Shown: positions 54,101 through 60,652 of the stretch, one piece after another | Layout: every line of letters starts with the position of its first letter | Position numbering within the stretch: position 1 is the first letter of the stretch | NCBI GenBank assembly: GCA_002633005.1 | Contig: NMRA01000379.1 | Span: 124,001-188,000, forward strand | DNA from: Phoronis australis | Taxonomy: Eukaryota > Animalia > Phoronida | Direction: 5' to 3' | Length of the DNA stretch: 64,000 nucleotides | Position numbers and translations under genes: made by a program | The notes under the pieces: model-generated | What the model saw: only the letters and a program-made list of their open reading frames with translations | Told to the model about the DNA's origin: nothing | Database searches by the model: none

Positions 54101-57017
54101 TTGGGGAATAACACTGCATGATGCGGGTTATGTGAGTCCCCAAGGTACATCATTAGTACAAAGGTCACTTATTAGCAGAATGCCAAATTTTACGAAAATA
54201 TGTTGAGGGCCTTTGAAGATACAGAGGTAAATGTAAAAAACAAAATTGCCACTAGGTGGCATACCAGTGGTCAGATCTGTCCGAAAGTCATCATATAAAT
54301 ATGCTAAATAAATTTCCTAAAGATCCTGTGAACGTTTATCAGATACAGCCATAGGCGCAAAAAAAACAAAACTGCCACTAGGCGGCACCACAGTAGACGA
54401 CGTCGTCGCAAAATCATCATCCGACGTCCACTTCATAGTAAGAACATACATGCCAATTTTCACAATCATCCTTTGAGCGGTTTGGTTGATAGATGGGTGG
54501 ACACAAAAAACAGATTCGAAAACAGTAAAAACGGACACTAGGTGGCGCAAACTACGTTGAATCGATCCGAAAACGGGAGGATAGCGTCATCTCACTAATA
54601 GGTGCCTATATACCAAATTTCATGAAAATCCGTTGAGGAATTTAAAAGATACAAAGGTAAGCGTAAAAAACTAAAATTGCCACTAAGGGGCACACCAGTA
54701 TTCCGATCCGTACGAAAGTTCGCTCATGCTGTCCCATTCATGAATGGAACATATGTGCCAAATTTCATGAATGTATGTCGAAGGCTTTGGAGATAGAGCA
54801 GCGGACGCCGGACGGACAGACGTAGCACAGACAGACAGACAGACAGACAGACGGAGATGATGGCATAATGCTTCCACATATAAATATGTGGGCGCATGAA
54901 AATTCCACTAAAATCAGGCTTTAAGGTCCTGTGTTTGGATCTTTATACCAGTTGAATGTGCATGTTCAATACCACCGTAAGTTCCCACACTGGATCATTG
55001 TACCAGTTGAACGTGCCTCTAAATGCCGAATACTAAGTTCCAACACTGGGTTTAGTAACATTTCAGCTAACTTTATGCCAAAATTTGGATGGACAAGATA
55101 AACACCAACTTGTCAAATGACTGTTGTTAAGGTATAAGATTCTTCACTATTATACACAGCTCTCGGACATAATCAGAGAGCAGCACAACAATTCAACAAC
55201 AATAAATTTCACAATCCAAACTACATTCAATGTTATGCTAGGAGGGCAACAAGTGTGACAATTGTAACAGGTCTCACTCAGGAAACACCCTATAACATGC
55301 TGTACATCAACTGAGGCTATGATTGATAGATTTGGGCTGAGTTGCATTAAAGTTACATGTGGTATAGCAACAATGACCACGTATTATCATGCAACAACCA
55401 AACCTATCCAGCGGATAACTTTTGAAGCTTTATGCAACTCAGCCCTGATCATGCAAGGACAAGTGGTTAAACTAGCACTGTTGCAATCCCTGGTGAGACA
55501 TGAGATGCTAGGCAATGACTGAACACCCTTCTGACAGATAGGATAGATACTATAGCCAATCCCTAAAAATTTACAATAGCATGCCTTCCCTGTACATCAA
55601 ACAGCACAAGCAGGCATACAAATCAGTGTTCAATAAGAGGGCTATGACAGCTAAATTGAATCTAAACCACTAATTGTGTTCTGCCACAGGTCTCCCAAGA
55701 CTACAAAACCACAAGACAACTTGTGAAACTGGCCTTTTGACATTCGGGCAGAGTACTGGGTTTTTTTGCCAGACGTGTTTTTGACTGTGTCTTATCACAC
55801 AACCTGCAGAGCCATATAGGTGATAAACTTTGAACCTTGTAATCGCAAGTCAGTTTTATACCCGGATGTCAACCTGATGAGTCAGCAATGGATAGCAACC
55901 TTGACTTTGATTAGGTTGTTCAACAGGGAAATTATAGATACCCCATCTCAATGATTATATCGGGAGAAAAACACCTGATAACAAACCACTGCCCTTAAGT
56001 AGCCACTTCCCTTAATTAGATATATTTCATAACATTCATCCATGACAAAAGAAAAATTTAATTAACTTTCGCTTCCTGGTTCCTTTGCTGTCAAGAAGAA
56101 TACACTAAATATACAAACTCACAATACGAATCACATAGTGAATATTTTTTAATTATTATTTAATTATTATTTTACAAAATTCGACACAAATTTCCATGAG
56201 TTTACCCCCTTTCACTTCCAGCGGATGGAAAGTATATCCATCATTTTCCAGGTTTTCCAGGGTTTCCAGAATTTCCATGAACCATGTTTAACACTCAGTT
56301 GGAAAACTTAGGACACTCACATCATGCACTACAACATAGTGAAACCAAGGTGACCCCCTGTGATGGAAAGCTCTTGTAAGTAGAGTTTATAATGTCTCAG
56401 TAGAATAATGCCATACACTCACTCAGTAGCATTATGTCACACACTCACTCAGTAGAATTATGTCACACACGCACTCAGTAGAATTATGTCACACACTCAC
56501 TCACTCAGTAGAATTATGTCACACACTCACTCAGTAGAATTATGTCACACACTCACTCAGTAGAATTATGTCACACACTCACTCAGTAGCATTGTGCCAC
56601 ACACTCACCCAGTTGGTTTTTACAGATGTACATCAACTTTTCCGCCGATGACAACTTTGCTGTGGCACACCTCTTATGGTATGGGTCTGTCTTTCCAGAC
56701 TTGAATGGTAGAAACGATGAGTCATCCACGAATTCCGTTTGCTCGACAACGCGAAAGTTGAAATCCACGCCCTCATCTGTCGTCTTGGTGACCTCACCCC
56801 AATACAGGAAGTGGTCATTGTTGACGACGCGGCCGCCAAAGTCGCTTTGGCTCAACACCGAAATGTGGTCTGTATAGTAGTCATCGGCGAGGGGGCTAAC
56901 AAATCGATTGCACAAACAACTCTTGCCAACTCCCAAGTCCCCCTTTTCGCGCTCTGTGCCCGAGAGGCCGACCACAGCCACATTAAAGAGATGAGTGTCC
57001 ACTTTCTTCGCCATCAT
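11..57017 (-). CDS. ARHGAP35: p190 Rho GTPase-activating protein (ARHGAP35/ARHGAP5, RhoGAPp190 family), spliced CDS of 24 traced exons; 3' end lies beyond the left edge
   Basis: N-GTPase P-loop [58 protein letters not shown]; FF repeats; pG1 LNLVLLG; pG2 [12 protein letters not shown]; GAP start [16 protein letters not shown]. All junctions are GT-AG and intron phases join in frame (4660 nt in total). Co-ortholog of ARHGAP35 and ARHGAP5. Confidence 0.96.
1452..2068 (-). mobile_element. 5'-truncated L2/CR1-group LINE (ORF2 C-terminus and 3' UTR) nested in the Kolobok element
   Basis: [22 protein letters not shown]...FFYKY...LPSFF and [19 protein letters not shown]...INNLP; 3' stem-loop GGACCC-GAA-GGGTCC; (TAC)n-like tail. 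Confidence 0.7.
2371..2794 (+). pseudogene. KolX / P2X7 cytoplasmic-ballast-like protein, first exon, disrupted
   Basis: [24 protein letters not shown]...[31 protein letters not shown]; stops and frameshifts; ends at putative donor CA|GTCAGT. Confidence 0.75.
2774..3058 (+). repeat. 31-bp minisatellite, 9 copies
   Basis: Unit CTCATGAACCAGTCAGTCATCAAACAGAAGG at 31-bp spacing, 2784-3032. Confidence 0.97.
3220..3375 (-). pseudogene. THAP zinc-finger N-terminus of a Kolobok transposase, truncated
   Basis: [40 protein letters not shown] fits the THAP pattern M-x2-C-x4-C...FFRFP...W; no DDE domain seen downstream. Confidence 0.8.
4470..4595 (-). CDS. ARHGAP35: p190 exon 23, charged coiled-coil before the GAP domain
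   Basis: TATTAG| [42 protein letters not shown] |GTAATA; phase 0-0. Confidence 0.85.
5062..5114 (-). CDS. ARHGAP35: p190 exon 22, small exon
   Basis: GCCAG| [18 protein letters not shown] |GTATGT; phase 1-0 bridges its neighbours. Confidence 0.75.
5796..5951 (-). CDS. ARHGAP35: p190 exon 21, basic linker
   Basis: CTCTTCAG| [35 protein letters not shown]...LLPS G|GTAAA; phase 1-1. Confidence 0.8.
6630..6860 (+). repeat. degenerate ~20-bp tandem repeat
   Basis: Recurrent GACTAAAAGAACTAGATAT-like units. Confidence 0.8.
7701..8430. mobile_element. non-autonomous Kolobok-type MITE, copy 1, with a nested inverted repeat (about 7805-7990)
   Basis: TTAA|GGTTATGTATGAC ... GTCCTACATAACC|TTAA; internal short tandem repeats at 8035-8250. 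Confidence 0.8.
8815..8880 (-). CDS. ARHGAP35: putative p190 exon 20, small symmetric cassette
   Basis: Strong acceptor CTTCTCTCATCTCCAG|; [21 protein letters not shown]; donor |GTATGA (alternative donor at 8826). Confidence 0.45.
10065..10441. repeat. 16-bp near-palindromic minisatellite, about 23 copies
   Basis: Unit CATGACTAGTCTAGTA. Confidence 0.97.
10630..10870 (+). repeat. degenerate tandem repeat of about 40 bp
   Basis: Recurrent AAGGTCTGGATAAATAAACTTGTGTTTAGAG. Confidence 0.75.
10880..12135 (+). mobile_element. dispersed non-autonomous repeat, Helentron/DINE-1-like by inference; copies at about 15310-15905 and 54170-54900
   Basis: Shared blocks AAAATTGCCACTAGG(T/G)GGC, AAATTTCATGAA, GGAGATAGAGCAGCGGACGCCGG, and a GACA/GACG microsatellite near the 3' end. 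Confidence 0.65.
12689..12907 (-). CDS. ARHGAP35: p190 exon 19, linker
   Basis: [27 protein letters not shown]...[12 protein letters not shown]...DKQR; donor |GTAAGA; phase 1-1. Confidence 0.82.
13233..14421 (+). mobile_element. Penelope-like retroelement 3' fragment (GIY-YIG remnant) with about 290-bp inverted terminal repeats
   Basis: 13233-13520 is the reverse complement of 14124-14421; interior [14 protein letters not shown]...IIIYYRN, VHEFVC...RIG...[21 protein letters not shown]...LNEQ. Confidence 0.82.
14601..14703 (-). CDS. ARHGAP35: p190 exon 18, linker
   Basis: CCCCCCTACAG| [35 protein letters not shown]|GTTTG; phase 0-1. Confidence 0.8.
15310..15905 (+). mobile_element. copy of the dispersed family at 10880-12135
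   Basis: AAAATTGCCATCAGGAACCACAGCGGTAG and GATAGAGCAGCAGACG...GACAGGGATGAC match blocks in 10880-12135. Confidence 0.6.
17187..17410 (-). repeat. 28-bp minisatellite, 8 copies, made of the exon 17 end plus donor site
   Basis: Minus-strand unit CATTATGCCACTGTGGCG|GTGAGTTGAG. Confidence 0.97.
17393..17539 (-). CDS. ARHGAP35: p190 exon 17, linker
   Basis: TTTTTTCAG| [14 protein letters not shown]...[20 protein letters not shown] |GTGAGT; phase 0-0. Confidence 0.82.
18055..18158 (-). CDS. ARHGAP35: p190 exon 16, linker
   Basis: TTTCTGCAG| [35 protein letters not shown] |GTTTG; supplies the required phase 1-to-0 change. Confidence 0.78.
23327..23413 (-). CDS. ARHGAP35: putative p190 exon 15, linker; symmetric phase-1 cassette
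   Basis: CCTCTTTCAAG| [30 protein letters not shown]|GTGAAT; AAG acceptor is weak. Confidence 0.5.
24108..24966 (+). mobile_element. Helentron/HINE-like non-autonomous element with a 3' hairpin
   Basis: 5' CAAGAGCGCTC (also at about 57412 and, reversed, 52361-52385); perfect 13-bp stem TACTTGGCGAAAT-TT-ATTTCGCCAAGTA at 24937-24964; related ends at 23730-23945. Confidence 0.6.
25215..26290. repeat. 30-bp diverged minisatellite, about 35 copies
   Basis: Unit GACAGTTCATTGCTGGGCTTGGTAAGGCCC; gives 10-aa periodic ORFs on both strands. Confidence 0.95.
26520..27027. mobile_element. non-autonomous Kolobok-type MITE, diverged copy 2
   Basis: Ends GTCATGTAGGACC ... TCCTACATAATC; right arm resembles 8340-8430. 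Confidence 0.6.
27502..27729 (-). CDS. ARHGAP35: p190 exon 14, linker; symmetric phase-1 exon
   Basis: Acceptor CTCTCTCCTCCCCAG|; [13 protein letters not shown]...[22 protein letters not shown]; donor G|GTGATT; 228 nt open. Confidence 0.7.
29025..29254 (-). CDS. ARHGAP35: p190 exon 13, linker
   Basis: [15 protein letters not shown]...SVYSRVN...[26 protein letters not shown]; phase 2-1, donor |GTAAGT. Confidence 0.87.
29421..31330. mobile_element. possible degenerate Kolobok-type element
   Basis: TTAA|AGGCGAAGGCAAC ... GTCGATTGCCT|TTAG; CpG-rich subterminal regions; TIR match is weak. Confidence 0.35.
31762..31948 (-). CDS. ARHGAP35: p190 exon 12, end of pG2 and start of linker
   Basis: [22 protein letters not shown]...[21 protein letters not shown]; TTCCAG| and |GTATGT, phase 1-2. 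Confidence 0.88.
32145..32571 (+). repeat. 55-bp minisatellite, about 8 copies
   Basis: Unit TCATAGAGACCCAACAGAGAACCTCTCCCTCTAAACTCAATCATTATAAATGGGT. Confidence 0.96.
32725..33563 (+). repeat. 31-bp minisatellite, about 27 copies
   Basis: Unit AAATG(C/T)TAAACAGCACAAGTATAGTGTCTGC. Confidence 0.97.
33787..33968 (-). CDS. ARHGAP35: p190 exon 11, pG2
   Basis: [28 protein letters not shown]...[26 protein letters not shown]; phase 2-1. Confidence 0.92.
34785..35505 (-). mobile_element. DNA-transposon relic carrying a HIRAN-like coding fragment (34950-35177)
   Basis: DKYTASVL...VVGHVPRKI...[11 protein letters not shown]...GLENP resembles the DxxAVxV...VGHVP...FL...GLEIP HIRAN-like family; subterminal AAGCGCCC repeats at left, GGGACGCTATT at right. 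Confidence 0.55.
36397..36654 (-). CDS. ARHGAP35: p190 exon 10, pG2
   Basis: [12 protein letters not shown]...SYHAG...[18 protein letters not shown]; phase 2-2. Confidence 0.94.
36845..37027 (+). repeat. 38-bp minisatellite, about 5 copies
   Basis: Unit CCATGGACAGAATGGAATCCTAATTACATTTGATAAAA. Confidence 0.95.
37156..37317 (-). CDS. ARHGAP35: p190 exon 9, end of pG1
   Basis: [12 protein letters not shown]...SIEPDI; phase 2-2, donor |GTAAG. Confidence 0.92.
38567..38768 (-). CDS. ARHGAP35: p190 exon 8, pG1
   Basis: [28 protein letters not shown]...[11 protein letters not shown]...GQSLAV; phase 1-2. Confidence 0.93.
38930..39090 (-). mobile_element. degenerate tRNA-derived SINE
   Basis: Minus strand GGCAGTGTGGCCTAGTGG (A-box-like), decayed B-box region, then CCCTTGACTCAGG (CORE-like). 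Confidence 0.45.
40533..40656 (-). CDS. ARHGAP35: p190 exon 7, pG1
   Basis: [42 protein letters not shown]; phase 0-1. Confidence 0.92.
40690..41452 (+). repeat. 21-bp degenerate satellite
   Basis: Unit GCATTAACCAGTGTATATAGT; source of the LVNALYT ORFs. Confidence 0.92.
41771..41971 (-). repeat. about 80-bp tandem duplication (about 2.5 copies) of the exon 6 end plus donor
   Basis: GCTCTGAGGGGCTGGC(C/T)GATGAA...ATAAGG|GTGAGT...GGATAGGGCTGTT(G/A)TAGACAAGGGTGTGTGGGA repeated. Confidence 0.9.
41930..42194 (-). CDS. ARHGAP35: p190 exon 6, end of FF region, Cys-rich linker and start of pG1
   Basis: [26 protein letters not shown]...[20 protein letters not shown]; TGTAG| and |GTGAGT. Confidence 0.93.
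42600..44430 (+). mobile_element. RLE-type non-LTR retrotransposon (HERO-like), disrupted; RT region absent at the assembly gap (n at 43438)
   Basis: N-terminal zinc finger [23 protein letters not shown]; [22 protein letters not shown]; knuckle CGSCG...H...C; YKWRHD; RLE motifs [26 protein letters not shown]; many stops. Confidence 0.88.
44748..45190 (+). repeat. 18-bp minisatellite
   Basis: Unit GGAGACCAAGGTGTCCGT; produces a VETKVS repeat ORF. Confidence 0.93.
45243..45349 (-). CDS. ARHGAP35: p190 exon 5, FF region
   Basis: [35 protein letters not shown]; continues the FQ|ELLLE motif; GATAG| and |GTATG. Confidence 0.92.
46693..46879 (-). CDS. ARHGAP35: p190 exon 4, FF region
   Basis: [21 protein letters not shown]...[14 protein letters not shown]; TTTCAG| and |GTGAGT. 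Confidence 0.93.
48002..48214 (-). CDS. ARHGAP35: p190 exon 3, FF region
   Basis: [17 protein letters not shown]...[32 protein letters not shown]; GCAG| and |GTAAGT, phase 2-2. Confidence 0.93.
49601..50273 (-). CDS. ARHGAP35: p190 exon 2, GTPase C-terminal part and first FF domain
   Basis: TTCCCAG|GTCTG gives [28 protein letters not shown]...TKNDEA...[14 protein letters not shown]...LATIDD; donor AG|GTAGGT. Confidence 0.95.
51047..53702 (+). repeat. 1.3-kb direct duplication (51047-52358 and 52386-53702) across a gap, probably an uncollapsed haplotype
   Basis: Near-identical copies with scattered SNPs and indels; n at 52359 lies exactly between them. Confidence 0.93.
54170..54900 (+). mobile_element. 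copy of the dispersed family at 10880-12135
   Basis: Collinear with about 11100-12130; (GACA)n tract at 54827-54853. Confidence 0.7.
56396..56612 (-). repeat. 26-bp minisatellite, 8 copies, starting at the exon 1 donor
   Basis: Minus-strand unit GTGAGTGTGTGACATAATTCTACTGA; the first GTGAGTGT is the real donor. Confidence 0.95.
56609..57017 (-). CDS. ARHGAP35: p190 coding exon 1, N-terminal GTPase domain, first part; acceptor at about 57199 implies an upstream non-coding exon
   Basis: [22 protein letters not shown]...KNQL; donor G|GTGAGT (phase 1); upstream acceptor TTTTACATTTTCAG. Confidence 0.95.
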
Positions 57018-58961
57018 TCACGTCCCAGACAACAAGGCCAAGACAACCAGCCTGGGAGCATGCCCAGGACTGGTCACATTCTGCATACACAAGTCACGGT
57101 ACAGACCCAGTGAAGAAATGTTTGTGTATGTAATATCTGCACTACTGAGCTTTACAGGGTGAGAGGTCGTGGCGCAGAGATTTTCACATGATGATTAACT
57201 GAAAATGTAAAAGACAGGAAATTACTTTAAATTAGAATTCATGAAGCACATACTTAATTAGTTGAAGCAGAGAGCGTGGGCTCCTCACACAATCACATAG
57301 CCATTGATGCATAATTGTAACCTGACAAGCAACAAAACTAGTACTACAACATACGACTAAAATGCTTCAGGAGAGCACCTCTTGAACAACACAGGCTGAC
57401 TAATAAAACAACCAAGAGCGCTCAACAAAGGAAACAACTGATAATTAATCTGGCAATGCTAAAAAATCTCAACAGATGTAACACCTCGAGTGGTCAGCTG
57501 CCAACTAAACAGAAACTGATTGAGCGTCAAACTACAAATTTATCGAAATGGTGACGATGATGACGACAACGACGATGACGAAAATTACCCAAACGAAGTT
57601 ACAGAAAATGAGCAGACTTGATAACACAGAGCTTATTATAAAGCATGGGGGTGGAGTTCCCTGACCTAGATTTCATGTGTAATTGCATGTCACCACAGGG
57701 ATGATATCATTTTCATAAGGAAAGCTTTGCATAACAGCTATAAATAGGACAGAGACAGGGAACTATCATCCAACACGTATTTTCCATTAGGCCACAAAAT
57801 GTCGAAAACATCATGAATTCAATATCCAAAATCGACAAAATAGAAGAATAGTAACTTAGCTGCGCAGACATGAGTGTATGAAAGAACCCAACAAGGTATC
57901 ACGGCCAAACACGGAAGTTTCTTGTACAAACATGGGCCATATCCAAACTTCTCCGAAAGCGAAAAGAGCCCCAGTGTGTTCAAATATTAAGTTGTCACAA
58001 TACCTTGCTATTACACCAGTAATCACAAGCAGCAATATCCGACGACTTTTCATATTGAACATAATGTGGTGCTTTTATTGGTAAATCCCAATTTTAAGAA
58101 GTGCGGTATCCACCAATAAATGCTTGTAACTCAAGATCAGATAATGGTTGCGGATGTTCTATTTTGGCAGTTGAGCCACTGATGGAGTTGGGTTTTGTGT
58201 TTTCGATATGAAATTGTTGATTTTATGTACATTAACATACTAATCTTAAATGGTTTCCAAAAAAGTGCATATCTCAAAGATACGGGGATTGTACAAGACG
58301 AGCTCCAACTTTCTTATTCACCTCTGCTGTTTTCACTTACATAAGACCAGAATGCAATACATGGTAAAACCTCATCACATTTGGACATAACTAATTATCT
58401 ATCTTTTTCATTTCAAAAAGCTGCTAACATTGTTGTCAATCCCCATTATTTCTCGCACAACTATAGTTATTAATACTAACAACAAGAAAAATGATAAACA
58501 TCTATTTACTTGGAGCTACTTATTTTTTAAAAGAAATTGCATTGTACAGATTTCATGAAAAAAACTCACAAAAAATTGAGCAGTTTTACAAGTAGTTAGC
58601 CTTTGAAAAAATGGGAAAATGGTAATTTAGTCACTTCTTAGGCAAAATCAAAAAGTTCACTGGCCCCCACGATGAAACTCAGCATCACAACACAGGACGG
58701 TTTAAAACAAATTCCAGGACTCAACACATGAACATATTTTTACTATTTGCCCATCTAATTATTCATGTCAGTAACATGATACATGATGTGAACTAGCATA
58801 TTTCATTAAACAATCAATTTCATTGCTACTATATAGCAGACAGCTTGGCACTGTGAATAGGTCTCAAACAGATGATCAGAATTTATTACTGGTGAAGAAC
58901 TACTGTTTCTCTGTGTTGCACATTGAAAGTAGACAGAGCATACACTTCTTGTCAAACTGAA

Positions 58962-59118
58962 ATGAGGTTCAGCCACACCATTCACATGTATGGTGAGGTT
59001 CAGCCACACCATTCACATGTATGGTGAGGGTCAGCCACACCATTCACATGTATGGTGAGGTTCAGCCACACCATTCACATGTATGGTGAGGTTCAGCCAC
59101 ACCATTCACATGTATGGT
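58962..59118 (+). repeat. 31-bp minisatellite, 5 copies
   Basis: Unit TGAGGTTCAGCCACACCATTCACATGTATGG. Confidence 0.95.
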
Positions 59119-59314
59119 GGCCAATTTAGGATGCAGTAAGATAAAAGATAAGCAGCACAAAATAAATGTCTTCTCATTTTCAAGCTAAGTACGAGTATCA
59201 CATCATTTTCACAATAGAAGCCCTCCGAAAGCAAAAGAAGTCATTTTTGGTAATTGTTATTGTCCGAAATTGGCGAGGTATTACCATAGTGAGCCTACAT
59301 AAAGACACACTTAA

Positions 59315-59723
59315 GCCCCTTATACACGAGAGACAGTTGTCACCACGCCAGTTGTCACCATGCCAGTTGTCACCATGCCAGTTGTCACCATGCCAGTTGT
59401 CACCACGCCAGTTGTCACCACGCCAGTTGTCACGGTGTGACTTGCTCTACTTCAGTCGCATTTACAAGGCATTAGATCGCAAACTGGATCAACAAGTGTC
59501 ATTTACACGAAGATTGTCTGCGCATACTTGCATAAAAAAATAGCAAATGTCCAAACCACGGGGAATGAGCACCCGATATACATGCTCTTGCACAAGGGCA
59601 TTGAAAAATGATCCCTGCCTCAAGTTGTGTTTAGACCTGTAGTTGAAACTGGAGAAACTGATCCAGTGCAACTTGCTCTATATTTTAAACTGGTGTCGAA
59701 AACTGGCCGCAGTGCCAGTCATG

Positions 59724-59762
<39 letters not shown>

Positions 59763-59822
59763 TTACTCAATCAGGTGTTCGTTATCAACTGCGCCGTGTC
59801 AGCTTCCTCTCGTGTAAAAGCT
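59315..59822. mobile_element. MITE-like element containing a 15-bp repeat (about 7 copies) and (CA)n
   Basis: Inverted ends TACACGAGAG and CTCTCGTGTA; CAGTTGTCACCA(C/T)GC array at 59332-59433; (CA)n at 59726-59760. Confidence 0.55.
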
Positions 59823-59959
59823 ACATAGTGTTTATGCTACCACAAACACAACAGTAACACCACACTACCTTATCACATAGTAAGGTGGACAACAGAATGC
59901 CAAAATTTATGTAGAATTGAGCCTAATAAACAAAAGAGGACCAGATTTGCCCGTCAAAA

Positions 59960-60490
59960 ATCAGAAAGGTCTGCGACTCTGCGCACGGCACATGCAGAGA
60001 TGTGCTAGGTAGGGAGGGATATTGGGCTTGAGGGAAGTTTGGATGCCACCTGAGGTAACGTTACACCCCTAATCTTCTTAGGTGATCCAAATTTACTATT
60101 TTACACTGTTGCGCCACCTGTGGAGGACAGGGCTTTAGCAACCCTGATTACAGAGTTTTCATGTTTCGGCACGCTCATTCGGCATTAGATGAGCTGGGAA
60201 AGGGATGCAACCAGATCAAAATCTCCTTTGTACTGGAGGTAGGAAAACGTGTTGTTAAACTGGCCTCGCTTCAGAAACACTGGCTGATTCTAGGAATCAT
60301 GTCAGAAAATACTGCATCCATGGATACTCCTCGAGTTAATTCGACTTACTGGCATCAAAGATGCAGCCCCAGGACAGCAGTAAAACTTTGGAAGGTTGAA
60401 TAAAGTTGATGCACCCAAGATAAACTTGAAAGAGCATGAAAAAAGAACTAGAGAAAGTCCAAGGGCACAGAAACGAGGACAGACGAATGT
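59960..60490 (+). mobile_element. degenerate 5' fragment of an RTE-clade LINE
   Basis: GGGCTTTAGCAACCCTG leader, then decayed APE-like motifs (VKLAS, RTAV, LNKVD, LKE, QG...EDRR) across frames. Confidence 0.4.
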
Positions 60491-60499
60491 TACAGCACT

Positions 60500-60652
60500 G
60501 TATCCTTTTCATGTATTGTTGTTTTATTACTTCATTGTATTATATTACTGTTTTATATTTTGATGTTGAGGGCCCTCTTGGAAAGCAGTGCTATCACTGA
60601 AGAGGTCACCCTCATTTTAAATATCACAATAAATAAATAAAAATAAATAAAA
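60500..60652 (+). mobile_element. LINE/SINE 3' tail
   Basis: Stem-loop TGAGGGCCCTCTT...AAGAGGTCACCCTCA followed by (AATA)n; a related reverse tail at about 15000-15047. Confidence 0.5.

Noticed and set aside
56626-57113. Plus-strand ORFs overlapping p190 exons (also 49762-49998, 36450-36641 and 1-186)
   Set aside because: Antisense shadows of real coding exons with no recognisable motifs.
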